The notes: generated from the letters alone by a model not told the origin. A stretch of DNA of 64,000 nt from Dehalococcoidia bacterium (GCA_965248475.1 OZ252106.1:1775640-1839639), one strand, 5' to 3'; positions 53,905 to 63,148 are shown, counted from the stretch's first letter. A program made the numbers and translations.

Positions 53905-55524
53905 CTACGGGGTCGGGGTCCCGCCGCCCTGGTTGGTGCCCCGCTTGGCTGCTGCTTTGCGAGCTTTGCGGGAGTCCTCCATCCCACCACCCCTACCCCT
54001 TCCACGGCGTCTGCCTTCGGGGGCTCTGGACACCATGATATCTTCAGCAAATCTTATCTGTGCCCCACCAACCGATGCCAGCTGGGGCACCTGCCAAACG
54101 TCATCTGTAAGAGGTATAGAGTCCTCTTCCTCATCATCAGCATCCGTGTCGGCCTGTGGCGGGACGGTGAAGGTTGCAAGCTGCTCCTCTGCACTGAGGG
54201 CCGGCGCCTCCACCTTGTCTTCTTCCTGTTCTGCTTCCGAAACTTCTATCTCAGGCTTAGGCTCAGCTGGTTCAACTTCAGCAACAGGTTGAGCTTCCGG
54301 TTGCTTGTCAGCAGAGGGGTCGGCAACAGGCTCTGCGACTGGCTCGGCCACGGGTGCTTCAACCTCGACCACAAGGGCAACCACCTCTGCTGCGGTCTCT
54401 ACCACTTCCGCCACCACTGGCTCCGCCTCTGTAGACACGACCTCTTCTGTAGCGGTGGCAGCCACCGGTGTACGGCCCATCCGCTCCATCTCAGCCTCGG
54501 TGGAGCTGAGTATATCTATTTTCCAGCCTGTTAGCTTGGCGGCCAGGCGTGCGTTCTGGCCCTCTCTGCCTATGGCGAGGGAGAGCTGTTTCTCCTGCAC
54601 CACTACGGTAGCTGCCTGCTCCGCTTCATCCAGATCAACGCGCAGGACCTGAGAAGGGTTCAACGAGTTGGAGATGAACATGGTGGGATCGCGGTGCCAC
54701 TGCACCACGTCGATCTTTTCGCCCTGTAGTTCGTTGACAATGTTCTGGATGCGAATACCCCGTAAGCCAACGCATGAACCTACAGCGTCCACACCCTGTT
54801 GGCGCGCCCATACTGCCACCTTGCTGCGGGAGCCCGGCTCACGGGCGATGGCCTTGATCTCAACGATACCGTTGAATATCTCTGGGACTTCGATCTCAAA
54901 CAGCCGCTTGAGCAGGTTCTTATGAGACCGGGAAACGATAATCTCCGGCCCCCTGACGGTGCGTGCCACCTCTACGATGAACACCTTGAGCTTCTGGTTG
55001 TGGCGGTAGCGCTCCGTGGGCACCTGTTCCACTTCAGGAAGCACAGCTTCCGTCCGGCCCAGGTCCAGCGTTATCTGCCGCGGCTCCATGCGCTGAATCG
55101 TGCCCGTGACAACGTCTTCGGCGCGACCGGAGTACTCTTCAAATACGATTTCACGCTCGGCCTCACGGAGGCGCTGCATGACCACCTGTTTCGCCGTTTG
55201 AGCGGCGATGCGTCCGGACAGTTGGGTCGGGGACTCGATCTCGATAACGTCGCCAACGGCGGCATCCTTTTTGATCTCCCTGGCCTGCTTAACCGTCATC
55301 TGCACATGCGAATCCTCCACCTCATCCACCACGTCCAAGAGGACAAAGGTTCTTATGCCGCCGCTACCTGGATCAAGCCGGACGGCTATGTTCTGCCCTT
55401 CCGATTCAGTGTCCCTCTTGTATGCGGAGGCTAGGGCGGCTTCAATAGCTGAAAGCACGCTCTCCTGAGGCAGGTTTCTCTCCGCAGCAAGCTGCTTTAG
55501 GGCGACCAAGAAATCGCTCTTCAT
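53905..55524 (-). CDS. nusA: transcription termination/antitermination factor NusA with long acidic + RGG C-terminal extension
   Basis: N-terminal, S1 and KH1/KH2 regions are recognisable. The last 190 aa are E/A/V/P-rich and end in RRRGRGRGGG. Confidence 0.93.
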   Translation of the reverse strand: MKSDFLVALKQLAAERNLPQESVLSAIEAALASAYKRDTESEGQNIAVRLDPGSGGIRTFVLLDVVDEVEDSHVQMTVKQAREIKKDAAVGDVIEIESPTQLSGRIAAQTAKQVVMQRLREAEREIVFEEYSGRAEDVVTGTIQRMEPRQITLDLGRTEAVLPEVEQVPTERYRHNQKLKVFIVEVARTVRGPEIIVSRSHKNLLKRLFEIEVPEIFNGIVEIKAIAREPGSRSKVAVWARQQGVDAVGSCVGLRGIRIQNIVNELQGEKIDVVQWHRDPTMFISNSLNPSQVLRVDLDEAEQAATVVVQEKQLSLAIGREGQNARLAAKLTGWKIDILSSTEAEMERMGRTPVAATATEEVVSTEAEPVVAEVVETAAEVVALVVEVEAPVAEPVAEPVADPSADKQPEAQPVAEVEPAEPKPEIEVSEAEQEEDKVEAPALSAEEQLATFTVPPQADTDADDEEEDSIPLTDDVWQVPQLASVGGAQIRFAEDIMVSRAPEGRRRGRGRGGGMEDSRKARKAAAKRGTNQGGGTPTP

Positions 55525-55712
55525 AAGCTTGCATCCTCCTTGCCTTCGGTTCTATATGAATACCCCCTATCGAACAAAAAAGTGGGACAAAACCCACTTC
55601 TATGCATACGATCCGATAGGCTGGTCAGCTCAAAGGCAGCATAAGTATAGCACCTTTCCCAGCCTCTGACACCCTCTAATCCGCTCCCTCTCTTCTGCTA
55701 AACTGGCTTTCT

Positions 55713-56399
55713 ATGGCTATCCAGCGCAGCAGACACCCAGAGCACCGAACAGCACTGCTGCTGGACTTTGACGGCACATTGACAGAACGGGACGTCGGGG
55801 GGCTCCTGCTGGACGCATTCGCACCGCCAGAGTGGCGTCAGGAGGAGGCAGCCTGGCGCGCGGGCGACATCACATTCAAGCTGATGAACGAGCGGGGGTT
55901 CGCCTACCTGCCGGCGGGCAGGCGTACCGAGATGGAGCGTTACGCCGTGGAGCAGGCAAGGCCGCGGCCCGGAGGCTCAGAGCTGGTAGATTTCTGCCGG
56001 GTGAGTGATATCCCGGTGGAGATAGTATCCAGCGGGCTGGACTTGTACATCCGGCCGTTGCTGGAAAGGTTCGGTATGGGGCACCTGCAGGTCCACGCCA
56101 TGAAACATGCCGAGTTCTCCCAGGGTGAGACCATAGTGCCTACCTACCCTGATGGAATTACTGTATGCGACATCACCGGAGCCTGCAAATGCTCCAGGCT
56201 GTGGCACTACCAGGAGAAGGGATACCGGGTGGTTTTCGTTGGCGACGGCAACTCAGACCGGTGCGTGGCCTCCAGGGTGGACGCCGTGTACGCTCGAGAC
56301 AACCTGGCCCGCTACTGTCGTGATAAGGGCATAGCATTCACGCCGTATGAGACGCTGCACGACGTGCTGGCGGGGCTAAGGGAGATGGTGGGCGAGTAG
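55713..56399 (+). CDS. HAD-IB phosphatase, MtnX-like
   Basis: LLDFDGTLT motif I, GDGNSD motif and an internal Cys-containing cap. Confidence 0.7.
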   Translation: MAIQRSRHPEHRTALLLDFDGTLTERDVGGLLLDAFAPPEWRQEEAAWRAGDITFKLMNERGFAYLPAGRRTEMERYAVEQARPRPGGSELVDFCRVSDIPVEIVSSGLDLYIRPLLERFGMGHLQVHAMKHAEFSQGETIVPTYPDGITVCDITGACKCSRLWHYQEKGYRVVFVGDGNSDRCVASRVDAVYARDNLARYCRDKGIAFTPYETLHDVLAGLREMVGE

Positions 56400-56442
56400 G
56401 GAATGAACGGCTCCCGTCCCTGAAGGAGATACGGAGGAGAGT

Positions 56443-57225
56443 ATGGTCCACTTACGCCGCACCCAGAGCGAACACTGGCTGGAGATTATACCCTGCCCCA
56501 AGTGGGTGCGGGTGGTACTGGGCGGAGCGGTCATCGCGGACAGCAAGGCAGTGATGTTGCTTCGCGAAAGCGGACACACGCCTGTGTACTACTTCCCGTC
56601 GGAAGATGTAGGCACGGGGCTCCTGACACTGAGCGATCAAACCACCCACGACGCTCACAAAGGCGAGGCCACCTACTGGAGCGTCGCGGCCTGCGCAAAG
56701 GTAGCTGAGAATGCCGCCTGGAGCTATCCGGAGCCACCGGTCGAGGCGGCCGGTCTCAAGGGGCTGATAGCTTTCGAGTGGGGCAAGATGGACGCGTGGT
56801 TTGAAGAGAACGAGGAGGTGTTCGTCCACCCACGCGACCCATACAAGCGGATAGATGTGATTCAAAGCTCCCGCCACGTCCAGGTGGTGGTTGGTGGCGA
56901 GACGGTGGCTGAAACGCACAACCCCGTCATGCTGTTTGAGACGGGCCTGCCAACCAGATACTACATACCCAAGATGGACGTGCGCCAGGACCTGCTCAAG
57001 CCCAGCGAAAGGCTGACCTACTGTCCCTACAAAGGAGAAGCCGCCTACTACTCGATCGCGGTGGACGGCCAGGTGTCCACGGATCTGATCTGGTACTACG
57101 CCTATCCCACTGCGGAGTCAGCCAGGATAGCTGGACTGCTCTGCTTCTTCAACGAGCGGGTGGACGCGCTCTACGTGGACGGCGAGCTCATGCCCAAGCC
57201 AAAGACACGGTGGTCGGAGCTATAG
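56443..57225 (+). CDS. DUF427 domain protein (two tandem DUF427 repeats)
   Basis: Two repeats of the V.V..GG..IA.S.....L.E......YY.P..DV......S...T.C..KG.A.Y.S pattern. Confidence 0.75.
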   Translation: MVHLRRTQSEHWLEIIPCPKWVRVVLGGAVIADSKAVMLLRESGHTPVYYFPSEDVGTGLLTLSDQTTHDAHKGEATYWSVAACAKVAENAAWSYPEPPVEAAGLKGLIAFEWGKMDAWFEENEEVFVHPRDPYKRIDVIQSSRHVQVVVGGETVAETHNPVMLFETGLPTRYYIPKMDVRQDLLKPSERLTYCPYKGEAAYYSIAVDGQVSTDLIWYYAYPTAESARIAGLLCFFNERVDALYVDGELMPKPKTRWSEL

Positions 57226-57278
57226 CGAGGAATTGCAGGCGCCAAAGAGTCCACCGGAATGTTGTACTTCACTAACGG

Positions 57279-57316
57279 CGAAAAGAGGCCCCCATCACGA
57301 AAAGAGGCCCCCATCA
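57279..57316. repeat. perfect 2 x 19-bp tandem duplication (CGAAAAGAGGCCCCCATCA)
   Basis: Direct reading: 57279-57297 is identical to 57298-57316. It creates the TGA that ends the lipoprotein gene. Confidence 0.95.
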
Positions 57317-57858
57317 TAGGTGACAAGATCCACAACCCAGCTAGCTGTCGCTCCGTCCACGGTATCAGCATTTGAATCTGTAATCGTACCGGGCATCTCT
57401 AGCTCCCACAAAATCAACATGGTTCCGGTCAACATTGCCTTCATTGCCTCATCAAGCTCTTCTTCAGGTTCGGATTGATCAGATGTATCACTCTCCAGTT
57501 CAATGGACACTCTATAGACGGTCTTCTCATCAGTCTCATCAATGGTTACGATGAATCCATCCAAACCAGAGCCTTCTTGGTCACGCGCCAGTTGGATCTC
57601 TTCTAATGTGAAGACGCCAGACGCCTGGATGGTCAGGTTTTCTCCTTCGCGGGTCAAATTGACTTCATCCCACCCAAGCCGCTGCATCTCATCAGCGTCA
57701 AATGTAGATTGCATCAGGTTGGCCATTGCTCCCGTAGCAGTGATGGCAATGTTATGTCGGATGTCATCAGGCCCCCGTATGCTCGTTGTGAGTTCCATTG
57801 TGACGGTCCCACAGCCAATTAGTAGCAGGGCAACGAGTGCTATCGGTCTTCTTGTCAT
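57295..57858 (-). CDS. hypothetical lipoprotein
   Basis: Signal peptide with lipobox (LLIGC) and acidic mature part. The C-terminus is set by the 19-bp duplication. Confidence 0.6.
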   Translation of the reverse strand: MTRRPIALVALLLIGCGTVTMELTTSIRGPDDIRHNIAITATGAMANLMQSTFDADEMQRLGWDEVNLTREGENLTIQASGVFTLEEIQLARDQEGSGLDGFIVTIDETDEKTVYRVSIELESDTSDQSEPEEELDEAMKAMLTGTMLILWELEMPGTITDSNADTVDGATASWVVDLVTYDGGLFS

Positions 57859-58038
57859 GTCTCACGCCTCCACATTGGCGCCGCTCAGTATGTAACATTC
57901 AAGGGACGCCGGGCCAAGTCCTACTCCCAGGGCGACTCGGCTACGGCGTTACGGCCAGATATCCGGCACCAGCATGCGCTTTTGCCGAGCGTAAGGATAC
58001 ATCCACGGCGAGCTCCTTGCACGCCTCTGATCCGGGGT

Positions 58039-58066
58039 GGCAGGGCGTGCCCTGCACCCACATTTC
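58039..58066 (-). repeat. REP-like palindrome family B
   Basis: ggcagggcgtgccctgcacccacatttc, the reverse complement of the 23201 type. Confidence 0.8.
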
Positions 58067-58093
58067 TTCAGAAACCACAGAGCCATCCCCAGC

Positions 58094-59317
58094 CTACTGG
58101 GGCACCGCCTCCGGAACGAGACGCCGTATCTCCCGCTGGTTGGAGTAGTAGACAATTCCATCAGGGCTGGTAGCGATGTCCAGGAAACAGTCCTCAACCA
58201 CTACGCTGTCGTCAACAACGCGGTCCAAAGAGGGCCCGGCCAGGGCCAACCGGCGCATGAAGCCGGTGTTGAACTCACAGTACAGCAGTGTGTCTCCCAG
58301 GGAGGGATAGACCTCCCCCGAGACGAATTGAATCCCGACAGGCGCTGCGTTGGAGCCAAACTCCTCAGGGCGCATCCCTGGCTTGTGAGGCAGATAAATA
58401 GCCGGAACGCCCGCCCGCTCAAGACATGGTGGCTTCTCCGCATCGGTGTAAGACTCGGGATGGCCGTAGTACTCGCCGGCGACGATGATGTTGATCTCAT
58501 CGCAGTTGCTGGGGCCGTTCTCGGACTCGTAGAGCCGCCCCGTCTCCGGATGAAACGTGAAGTCGAATGGATTGCGCAGCCCATAGGCGAAGACCCGGTC
58601 GTCAGCACCGCGTCGCCCCACAAAGGGGTTGTCCGGGGCCGCCAAGCCGTCCTCTTTGCGGAGGCGCAGGATTTTGCCAAGAGGACTGCCCACGTCCTGG
58701 GCCGGTTCCTTAAGCTCCATCTCCCCAATAGAGAGGTACAGATAGCCGTCCGGGCCAAAGTGCAGGTTGCCTGAGACGTGGCCGCAGATAATCGGGTTGG
58801 TGGTAGGCAGATCATCAAGCAGCACCGTGGGCTCTTGCCCCTGCCCGTCCACATCTGTGAATCGGACGATGACAGGGTGCCCTATCCGGCTGTCACTCTC
58901 CACCGGTTCAATGTAATAGACGTACACATAGCCCGTCCGCTCAAACTCCGGGTCCAGGGCCACACCAACCAGGCCACATTCACCCAGCGCTAAAGAGTCC
59001 ACGTGGGCGAAGAGCCTGGGCCCAGACTCTCCCGGAAGGAGCGTCTGGATGTTCCCCTTAGCAAACTCGTTGTAAAACAGCCGACCGTCCGGCGCGAAGG
59101 CCATGGTCACAGGGAAGCTGGCGGAGATGACCAGTTCGGAGGTCACCGCAGGCACAGGCGGAGGTGTGGAGGTAGGAGTGGGAGAGGGAGTGCTCTCAAA
59201 TTGGCCACACCCCATCAGCAGGGCCAGCCCCAGCGTTACGGTCAACCAGCCCCAGCCAAGGTAAGCGGCGGGACTGCTCCTGCTGGTGATCTCCTGTACC
59301 TCTTGCTCAACCGCCAT
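58094..59317 (-). CDS. PQQ-dependent sugar (glucose/sorbosone) dehydrogenase, membrane-anchored
   Basis: N-terminal TM then beta-propeller motifs (GLRNPFDFTFHPETGRLYESENGP). Confidence 0.85.
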   Translation of the reverse strand: MAVEQEVQEITSRSSPAAYLGWGWLTVTLGLALLMGCGQFESTPSPTPTSTPPPVPAVTSELVISASFPVTMAFAPDGRLFYNEFAKGNIQTLLPGESGPRLFAHVDSLALGECGLVGVALDPEFERTGYVYVYYIEPVESDSRIGHPVIVRFTDVDGQGQEPTVLLDDLPTTNPIICGHVSGNLHFGPDGYLYLSIGEMELKEPAQDVGSPLGKILRLRKEDGLAAPDNPFVGRRGADDRVFAYGLRNPFDFTFHPETGRLYESENGPSNCDEINIIVAGEYYGHPESYTDAEKPPCLERAGVPAIYLPHKPGMRPEEFGSNAAPVGIQFVSGEVYPSLGDTLLYCEFNTGFMRRLALAGPSLDRVVDDSVVVEDCFLDIATSPDGIVYYSNQREIRRLVPEAVPQ

Positions 59318-59364
59318 GCGCTACGGCTCCGCCATCCGGAGGGGCTTGAATATACATGCGCTGC

Positions 59365-59664
59365 CTAAAGCTCCGGCGTAACCTCGAAGGTCTTGCTCTC
59401 AATGGGCGCGGACCACATGGTTGGAGCGTCGGGCTGAGGCTGAGGTCGGCCGGGCCGGTTGCCCCAGGCTTGAAAGTCCCCGACGCTGTTCCAGGTGGTT
59501 ACGCTCGTGATCTGGAGCGGGTCTTCCTGGGCGTAGAGCGTCTGCCGTGAGACGAAACCTTGAAAGTCGCGCATGGCCTTGCCATTGCCCTTGATGGCCG
59601 ACTCGGCCTGCTCCAGTTGTTCGCGCAGTACGTAGTGGTGGACTATCACTGTGATCATTGACAT
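59365..59664 (-). CDS. antibiotic biosynthesis monooxygenase (ABM)-like domain protein
   Basis: 99 aa with a ferredoxin-like pattern (F.GF.S..L.........T.W.S...F..W). Confidence 0.6.
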   Translation of the reverse strand: MSMITVIVHHYVLREQLEQAESAIKGNGKAMRDFQGFVSRQTLYAQEDPLQITSVTTWNSVGDFQAWGNRPGRPQPQPDAPTMWSAPIESKTFEVTPEL

Positions 59665-59728
59665 ACCTCCTTCTGCTTACGCAAGGCACAATACTACAAC
59701 GCTAGCCCCCCACATTAGGCCTCCGTAA

Positions 59729-59748
59729 GGGCAATTCATGAATTGCCC
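59729..59748. promoter_or_regulatory. perfect 20-bp palindrome GGGCAATTCATGAATTGCCC in a divergent promoter region
   Basis: Direct reading. A TATAAT box lies at 59787-59792, downstream toward the oxidoreductase gene. Confidence 0.4.
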
Positions 59749-59829
59749 CTCTAGCTAGCCGAGTTTTTAGGCAGAGCCGGGGTAGGCTATAATACTACCT
59801 TCCACAGCATCCTATCACGAGAGGTTAGC

Positions 59830-60840
59830 ATGGCCCAGCAGACGGTACGTATCGGCTTCGTCGGCGCGGGCGGGTTCAGCAAGCGCCGGCTTCTTCCCGG
59901 CCTTCAGAATGTCCCAGGCGTGGAACTGGTTGTTGTGTGCAACAGCAGCCCCGAGTCCAGCCAGCAGGCCGCCAGCGAATTCGGGTTTCAGCGCACAGCA
60001 TCCGACTGGCGCGAGGTGGTGGAGGCATCGGATGTGGACGCTGTCGCCCTGGGCACGCGGACGGCGCTGCACTACGAGATAGCGATGCCCGCACTGGACG
60101 CCGGCAAGCATGTGCTCACCATGAATGCAATGGCGCGGACGGTGGAAGAGGCAGCGGAGATGTACCAGAAGTCTCAGGAGAAGAGCAACCTGGTCAGCCT
60201 GGTCTACCCCGTGCAGTTCTACACGCGTGAGGACGCCATGCTCCGCTGGCTTCTGGAGCAGCGATACGTAGGCGAGATGCTCAACGTGATTGACTACTGG
60301 TACACGCCCTTCTTCGGCCTGGGCAGCCAGTTCGAAATTGCGAACCGGTGGTTCGGGGACCACACCCGCGTCCTGGCATACAGGAAACGGTTCGAGGTCG
60401 AGAGCCCCGGCGTGGACCGTCACGAACGCGACGTTCGACCGGAGACCAACGTGGTGGTATCTGAGCTGCGGAGCGGCGCAACTATCACGTACCTGCATAC
60501 CACCATAGCCGGCGACACGGCCCTGACACGCTTCGAGATTTACGGTACGGATGGTGTGCTGACCTGCTACCCACAGAACCAGTCCCGCCAGGGCTTTTTC
60601 GGTGCCAGGACGGGGGACAGCGACTTTCGACAAATCGAGATACCGCCGCACTTGAGGCAGGCCTGGGACAGCGAGTACGGCATTGAGGTGGAGGCGGAAT
60701 TCATAGCAGCCATCCGGGGAGAGGGCGAGCCTTCACCAGCCATTCCACGCTTTGAGGACGGGCTTAAGCTGATGCAGTTCACGGAGACATGGCGCGCCGC
60801 GCAGACCGGCGGCGTCTGGGCTGACATGCCGGCTCTGTAG
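59830..60840 (+). CDS. Gfo/Idh/MocA family oxidoreductase
   Basis: IGFVGAGGFSKRRLLPGL Rossmann N-terminus; 336 aa. Confidence 0.88.
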   Translation: MAQQTVRIGFVGAGGFSKRRLLPGLQNVPGVELVVVCNSSPESSQQAASEFGFQRTASDWREVVEASDVDAVALGTRTALHYEIAMPALDAGKHVLTMNAMARTVEEAAEMYQKSQEKSNLVSLVYPVQFYTREDAMLRWLLEQRYVGEMLNVIDYWYTPFFGLGSQFEIANRWFGDHTRVLAYRKRFEVESPGVDRHERDVRPETNVVVSELRSGATITYLHTTIAGDTALTRFEIYGTDGVLTCYPQNQSRQGFFGARTGDSDFRQIEIPPHLRQAWDSEYGIEVEAEFIAAIRGEGEPSPAIPRFEDGLKLMQFTETWRAAQTGGVWADMPAL

Positions 60841-60882
60841 ATTACGAGTGGCCATCTATCCCGGTCATAGAGGAGACGTACC

Positions 60883-61338
60883 ATGACAGAAATGCAGGCT
60901 CCTGAACAGATACAGCCCCAGTCCCTGGGGGACTACCTTGAGGTGATGAGCAAGGCGGCGTTCCAGGCCGGAATCTCCTGGCGGGTGGTGGAGTCCAAGT
61001 GGCCCGGCATCAAAGAGGCCTTCCACGACTTCGATGCGGAGCGGGTGGCGGACATGACGGAGCCGGAGATAGAGGCGCTAGCGCAGGACACGCGGGTCAT
61101 ACGCAACCGCCGCAAGCTGGAGGCGGTGGTGAGCAACGCCAACCGCATGGTGCACCTGGCGGAAACGCATGGCTCCTTTCAGAACTACCTGCGCTCCCAC
61201 GCGGACTTTCAGGCCACGGTGAAGGACCTAGGAAAGCAGTTCAAGTTCCTTGGCGACTTTGGCTGCTACCACTTCCTATACGTGGTCGGCGAGGCGGTAC
61301 CCTCCCACGATGAGTGGGCGGCGTCACGCGGCCGGTAG
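60883..61338 (+). CDS. tag: DNA-3-methyladenine glycosylase I (TAG)-like protein
   Basis: QAGISWRVVESKW..IKEAFHDFD...IRNRRKLEAVVSNA matches the Adenine_glyco core. It is shorter than E. coli Tag at the N-terminus. Confidence 0.7.
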   Translation: MTEMQAPEQIQPQSLGDYLEVMSKAAFQAGISWRVVESKWPGIKEAFHDFDAERVADMTEPEIEALAQDTRVIRNRRKLEAVVSNANRMVHLAETHGSFQNYLRSHADFQATVKDLGKQFKFLGDFGCYHFLYVVGEAVPSHDEWAASRGR

Positions 61339-61406
61339 TCGCTAAACACTTGGCAAGATGACTGGAAGGTATCCCGATCTGTTATGACCGGGGTTCTAGC
61401 GTCTTT

Positions 61407-61489
61407 TTCCCACCCACCCGCCCTCGAATGTTTATGAGATAGGGAGGACACCTCCCTAAAACCCTCCAGCAGGAAACCTAGGTTTCCTG
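61407..61489 (-). repeat. composite repeat element, core-less copy D
   Basis: ttcccacccacccgccctcgaatgttta + AGGGAGGACACCTCCCT + CAGGAAACCTAGGTTTCCTG. Same order and orientation as copy B but without the 79-nt core. Confidence 0.8.
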
Positions 61490-61536
61490 CACCATCCCGT
61501 CTTTCAGTCGAGTCTCTGGGACACGGCCGTTTCTAG

Positions 61537-61701
61537 CTAGCCCCGCCTTCTACGCCGCAGGCCCCTGTCCGTCCAGCCCTGAGCCACATCCAGGCAACGC
61601 ATGAACTCGACGCCCTGGTGGGAACGGATGTATTTGATCAGATGCTCCAGCGCCACAATTCTGGCCAGGCGTCCGCTTGTGTAGGGATACATGGTCAGCA
61701 T
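61537..61701 (-). pseudogene. C-terminal remnant of a polysaccharide-deacetylase/PuuE-like gene
   Basis: Own translation: MLTMYPYTSGRLARIVALEHLIKYIRSHQGVEFMRCLDVAQGW. It resembles the conserved C-terminus (HP..SGR..R...LE.....I....GV.F). A stop lies 30 nt upstream. Confidence 0.35.
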
Positions 61702-61772
61702 AATGGCGCGTCCGCACCCTCTGCGTTACCACTCTCCCCCGAATGGCTGGCAGATGAGCCCTGGAGAAACGT

Positions 61773-61798
61773 CTCGGCCCCGACTAGTCGGGGCCGAG
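61773..61798. repeat. CTCGGCCCCGAC-TA-GTCGGGGCCGAG perfect hairpin (12-bp arms)
   Basis: Direct reading. Lies about 100 nt downstream of the 61899-62237 gene; the stem is related to REP family A. Confidence 0.6.
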
Positions 61799-61898
61799 GA
61801 TGGAGCGGTTTGGTAGAAGGCACCCACCTAAGAGGCTACGGATACCGCCTGGTAGCTGTGGGCTACCGGCCCCTCAAGGGTGCGAATGGAAAGGCGGA

Positions 61899-62237
61899 TC
61901 AAGCTCCGCTGTCTAAGTAAAGCTCAGGCATTGGTCCAGGCGGCGGCTGAGTGACATCCATGCCGTGAATCTCCAAAAGCTTCTGTTTGAACCCTATGTC
62001 AAACTCGTTCTGCGAAGGTGCCAGCTTGGGCATGAACTCACCTGAACCCGGACCTTCATGTATCGCCACCACCACTGTGCCCGAGGGGGTTTCAGCGAGC
62101 CACGCCGAATGCTTTGTCAGTCCATATCGCCTGTTCATGTCAGCCAGGTCATTACTGCGAGACCCCTGCAAATCCGCTACCCACTGCTTCCAGGCATCGA
62201 CCTTGCCTTCCAGAATCGGTGCCACGATTAGTGCCAT
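61899..62237 (-). CDS. hypothetical protein (112 aa)
   Basis: AAAGGAGGAG RBS. No motif recognised. Confidence 0.5.
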   Translation of the reverse strand: MALIVAPILEGKVDAWKQWVADLQGSRSNDLADMNRRYGLTKHSAWLAETPSGTVVVAIHEGPGSGEFMPKLAPSQNEFDIGFKQKLLEIHGMDVTQPPPGPMPELYLDSGA

Positions 62238-62329
62238 GTCTCCTCCTTTTAGTGTGTTTGCGTCAACTTTACGCTCAAGTCCCAGAAAGCCAACGACCCG
62301 TGCCAGACATAGTCTTATGACCTAAATGA

Positions 62330-62473
62330 CCTAAGTTCAGAGGTGCGGCGGAACTGGACACAGAGCTGCAGCTACAATTGCATGGTGAGATAGCCGAACC
62401 AACCATCCGGCCCCACCAGGCGCTGGGATACCTCACCCCCCAAGAGTTCCTCGCTCAGCACCAATCCCCATGA
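62330..62473 (+). mobile_element. IS remnant: 3' end of a DDE (rve) transposase gene
   Basis: Own translation ends ...IRPHQALGYLTPQEFLAQHQSP*. This is the typical C-terminal RPHxxLGxxTPxEF tail of IS3/IS481-type integrase cores. A stop lies just upstream. Confidence 0.5.
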
Positions 62474-62631
62474 AGGGAGGCCGAGTGTCACTAACCCCCT
62501 GGACGAGTACAGGCCCTCGACGCCGCACGCCCGGCCATGGTAACATCCCCGCTGCGCGCGGGCCAAGGCTAGCCCGGAATCGCTGTATCGGAAGCGCTTG
62601 GCGGTTCACAGCCTGCAATAAGGAGCCTCGA

Positions 62632-62994
62632 ATGATAACGTTTCGTGATGAGATAACGATCAACCGGACGCCTGAGGAGGTTTTCGCGTACTTTGCCGAT
62701 TTTCGAAATTACGCTTTCTGGCAGGACTCGACCGAGGAGATGGTCCAAACGAGTGAGGGGCCTCTTGCCGTCGGCTCGACCTTCCGGGTAACAGCGAAGT
62801 TCATGCCCATGATGAAGCCGACGTTTTCTGGCCGTGTCACCGAGTACGAGCCTCCCAACAAGATGTCCATGGAAACCAGCAGAGGCGCTCCTTTCTCTGC
62901 AACAGGTAACTACTCGTTTGAGCCGATAGACGGGGGCACCAAGATGACCTTCGACGCTACATTGGCAATGAAGGGCTTGCTCAAGCTCATCTAA
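62632..62994 (+). CDS. SRPBCC (polyketide cyclase/dehydrase-like) family protein
   Basis: AAGGAG RBS. INRTPEEVFAYFADFRNYAFW N-terminal pattern; 120 aa. Confidence 0.7.
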   Translation: MITFRDEITINRTPEEVFAYFADFRNYAFWQDSTEEMVQTSEGPLAVGSTFRVTAKFMPMMKPTFSGRVTEYEPPNKMSMETSRGAPFSATGNYSFEPIDGGTKMTFDATLAMKGLLKLI

Positions 62995-63148
62995 CCCCTG
63001 ATGCGCACCAGTCTTCAGAAACAGGGAGCAGCTGAGAATCGCAAGCTGAAGGAGATACTGGAAAGTCGGCAATAGGCGCAGATGGCCGAGTCGGCCGGAA
63101 CCATCGGCAGCGATGAACTCGGGTTTCTCCTCCACTACCAGCCACCTG

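Noticed and set aside
58037-58774. 245-aa plus-strand ORF (also 58201-58854 minus, alternative frame)
   Set aside because: It overlaps the PQQ-dependent dehydrogenase gene, which has clear family motifs.
59815-60651. 278-aa minus-strand ORF
   Set aside because: It is antisense to the Gfo/Idh/MocA oxidoreductase gene.
62569-63135. 188-aa minus-strand ORF
   Set aside because: It is antisense to the SRPBCC gene, which has a good RBS and a family-like N-terminus.
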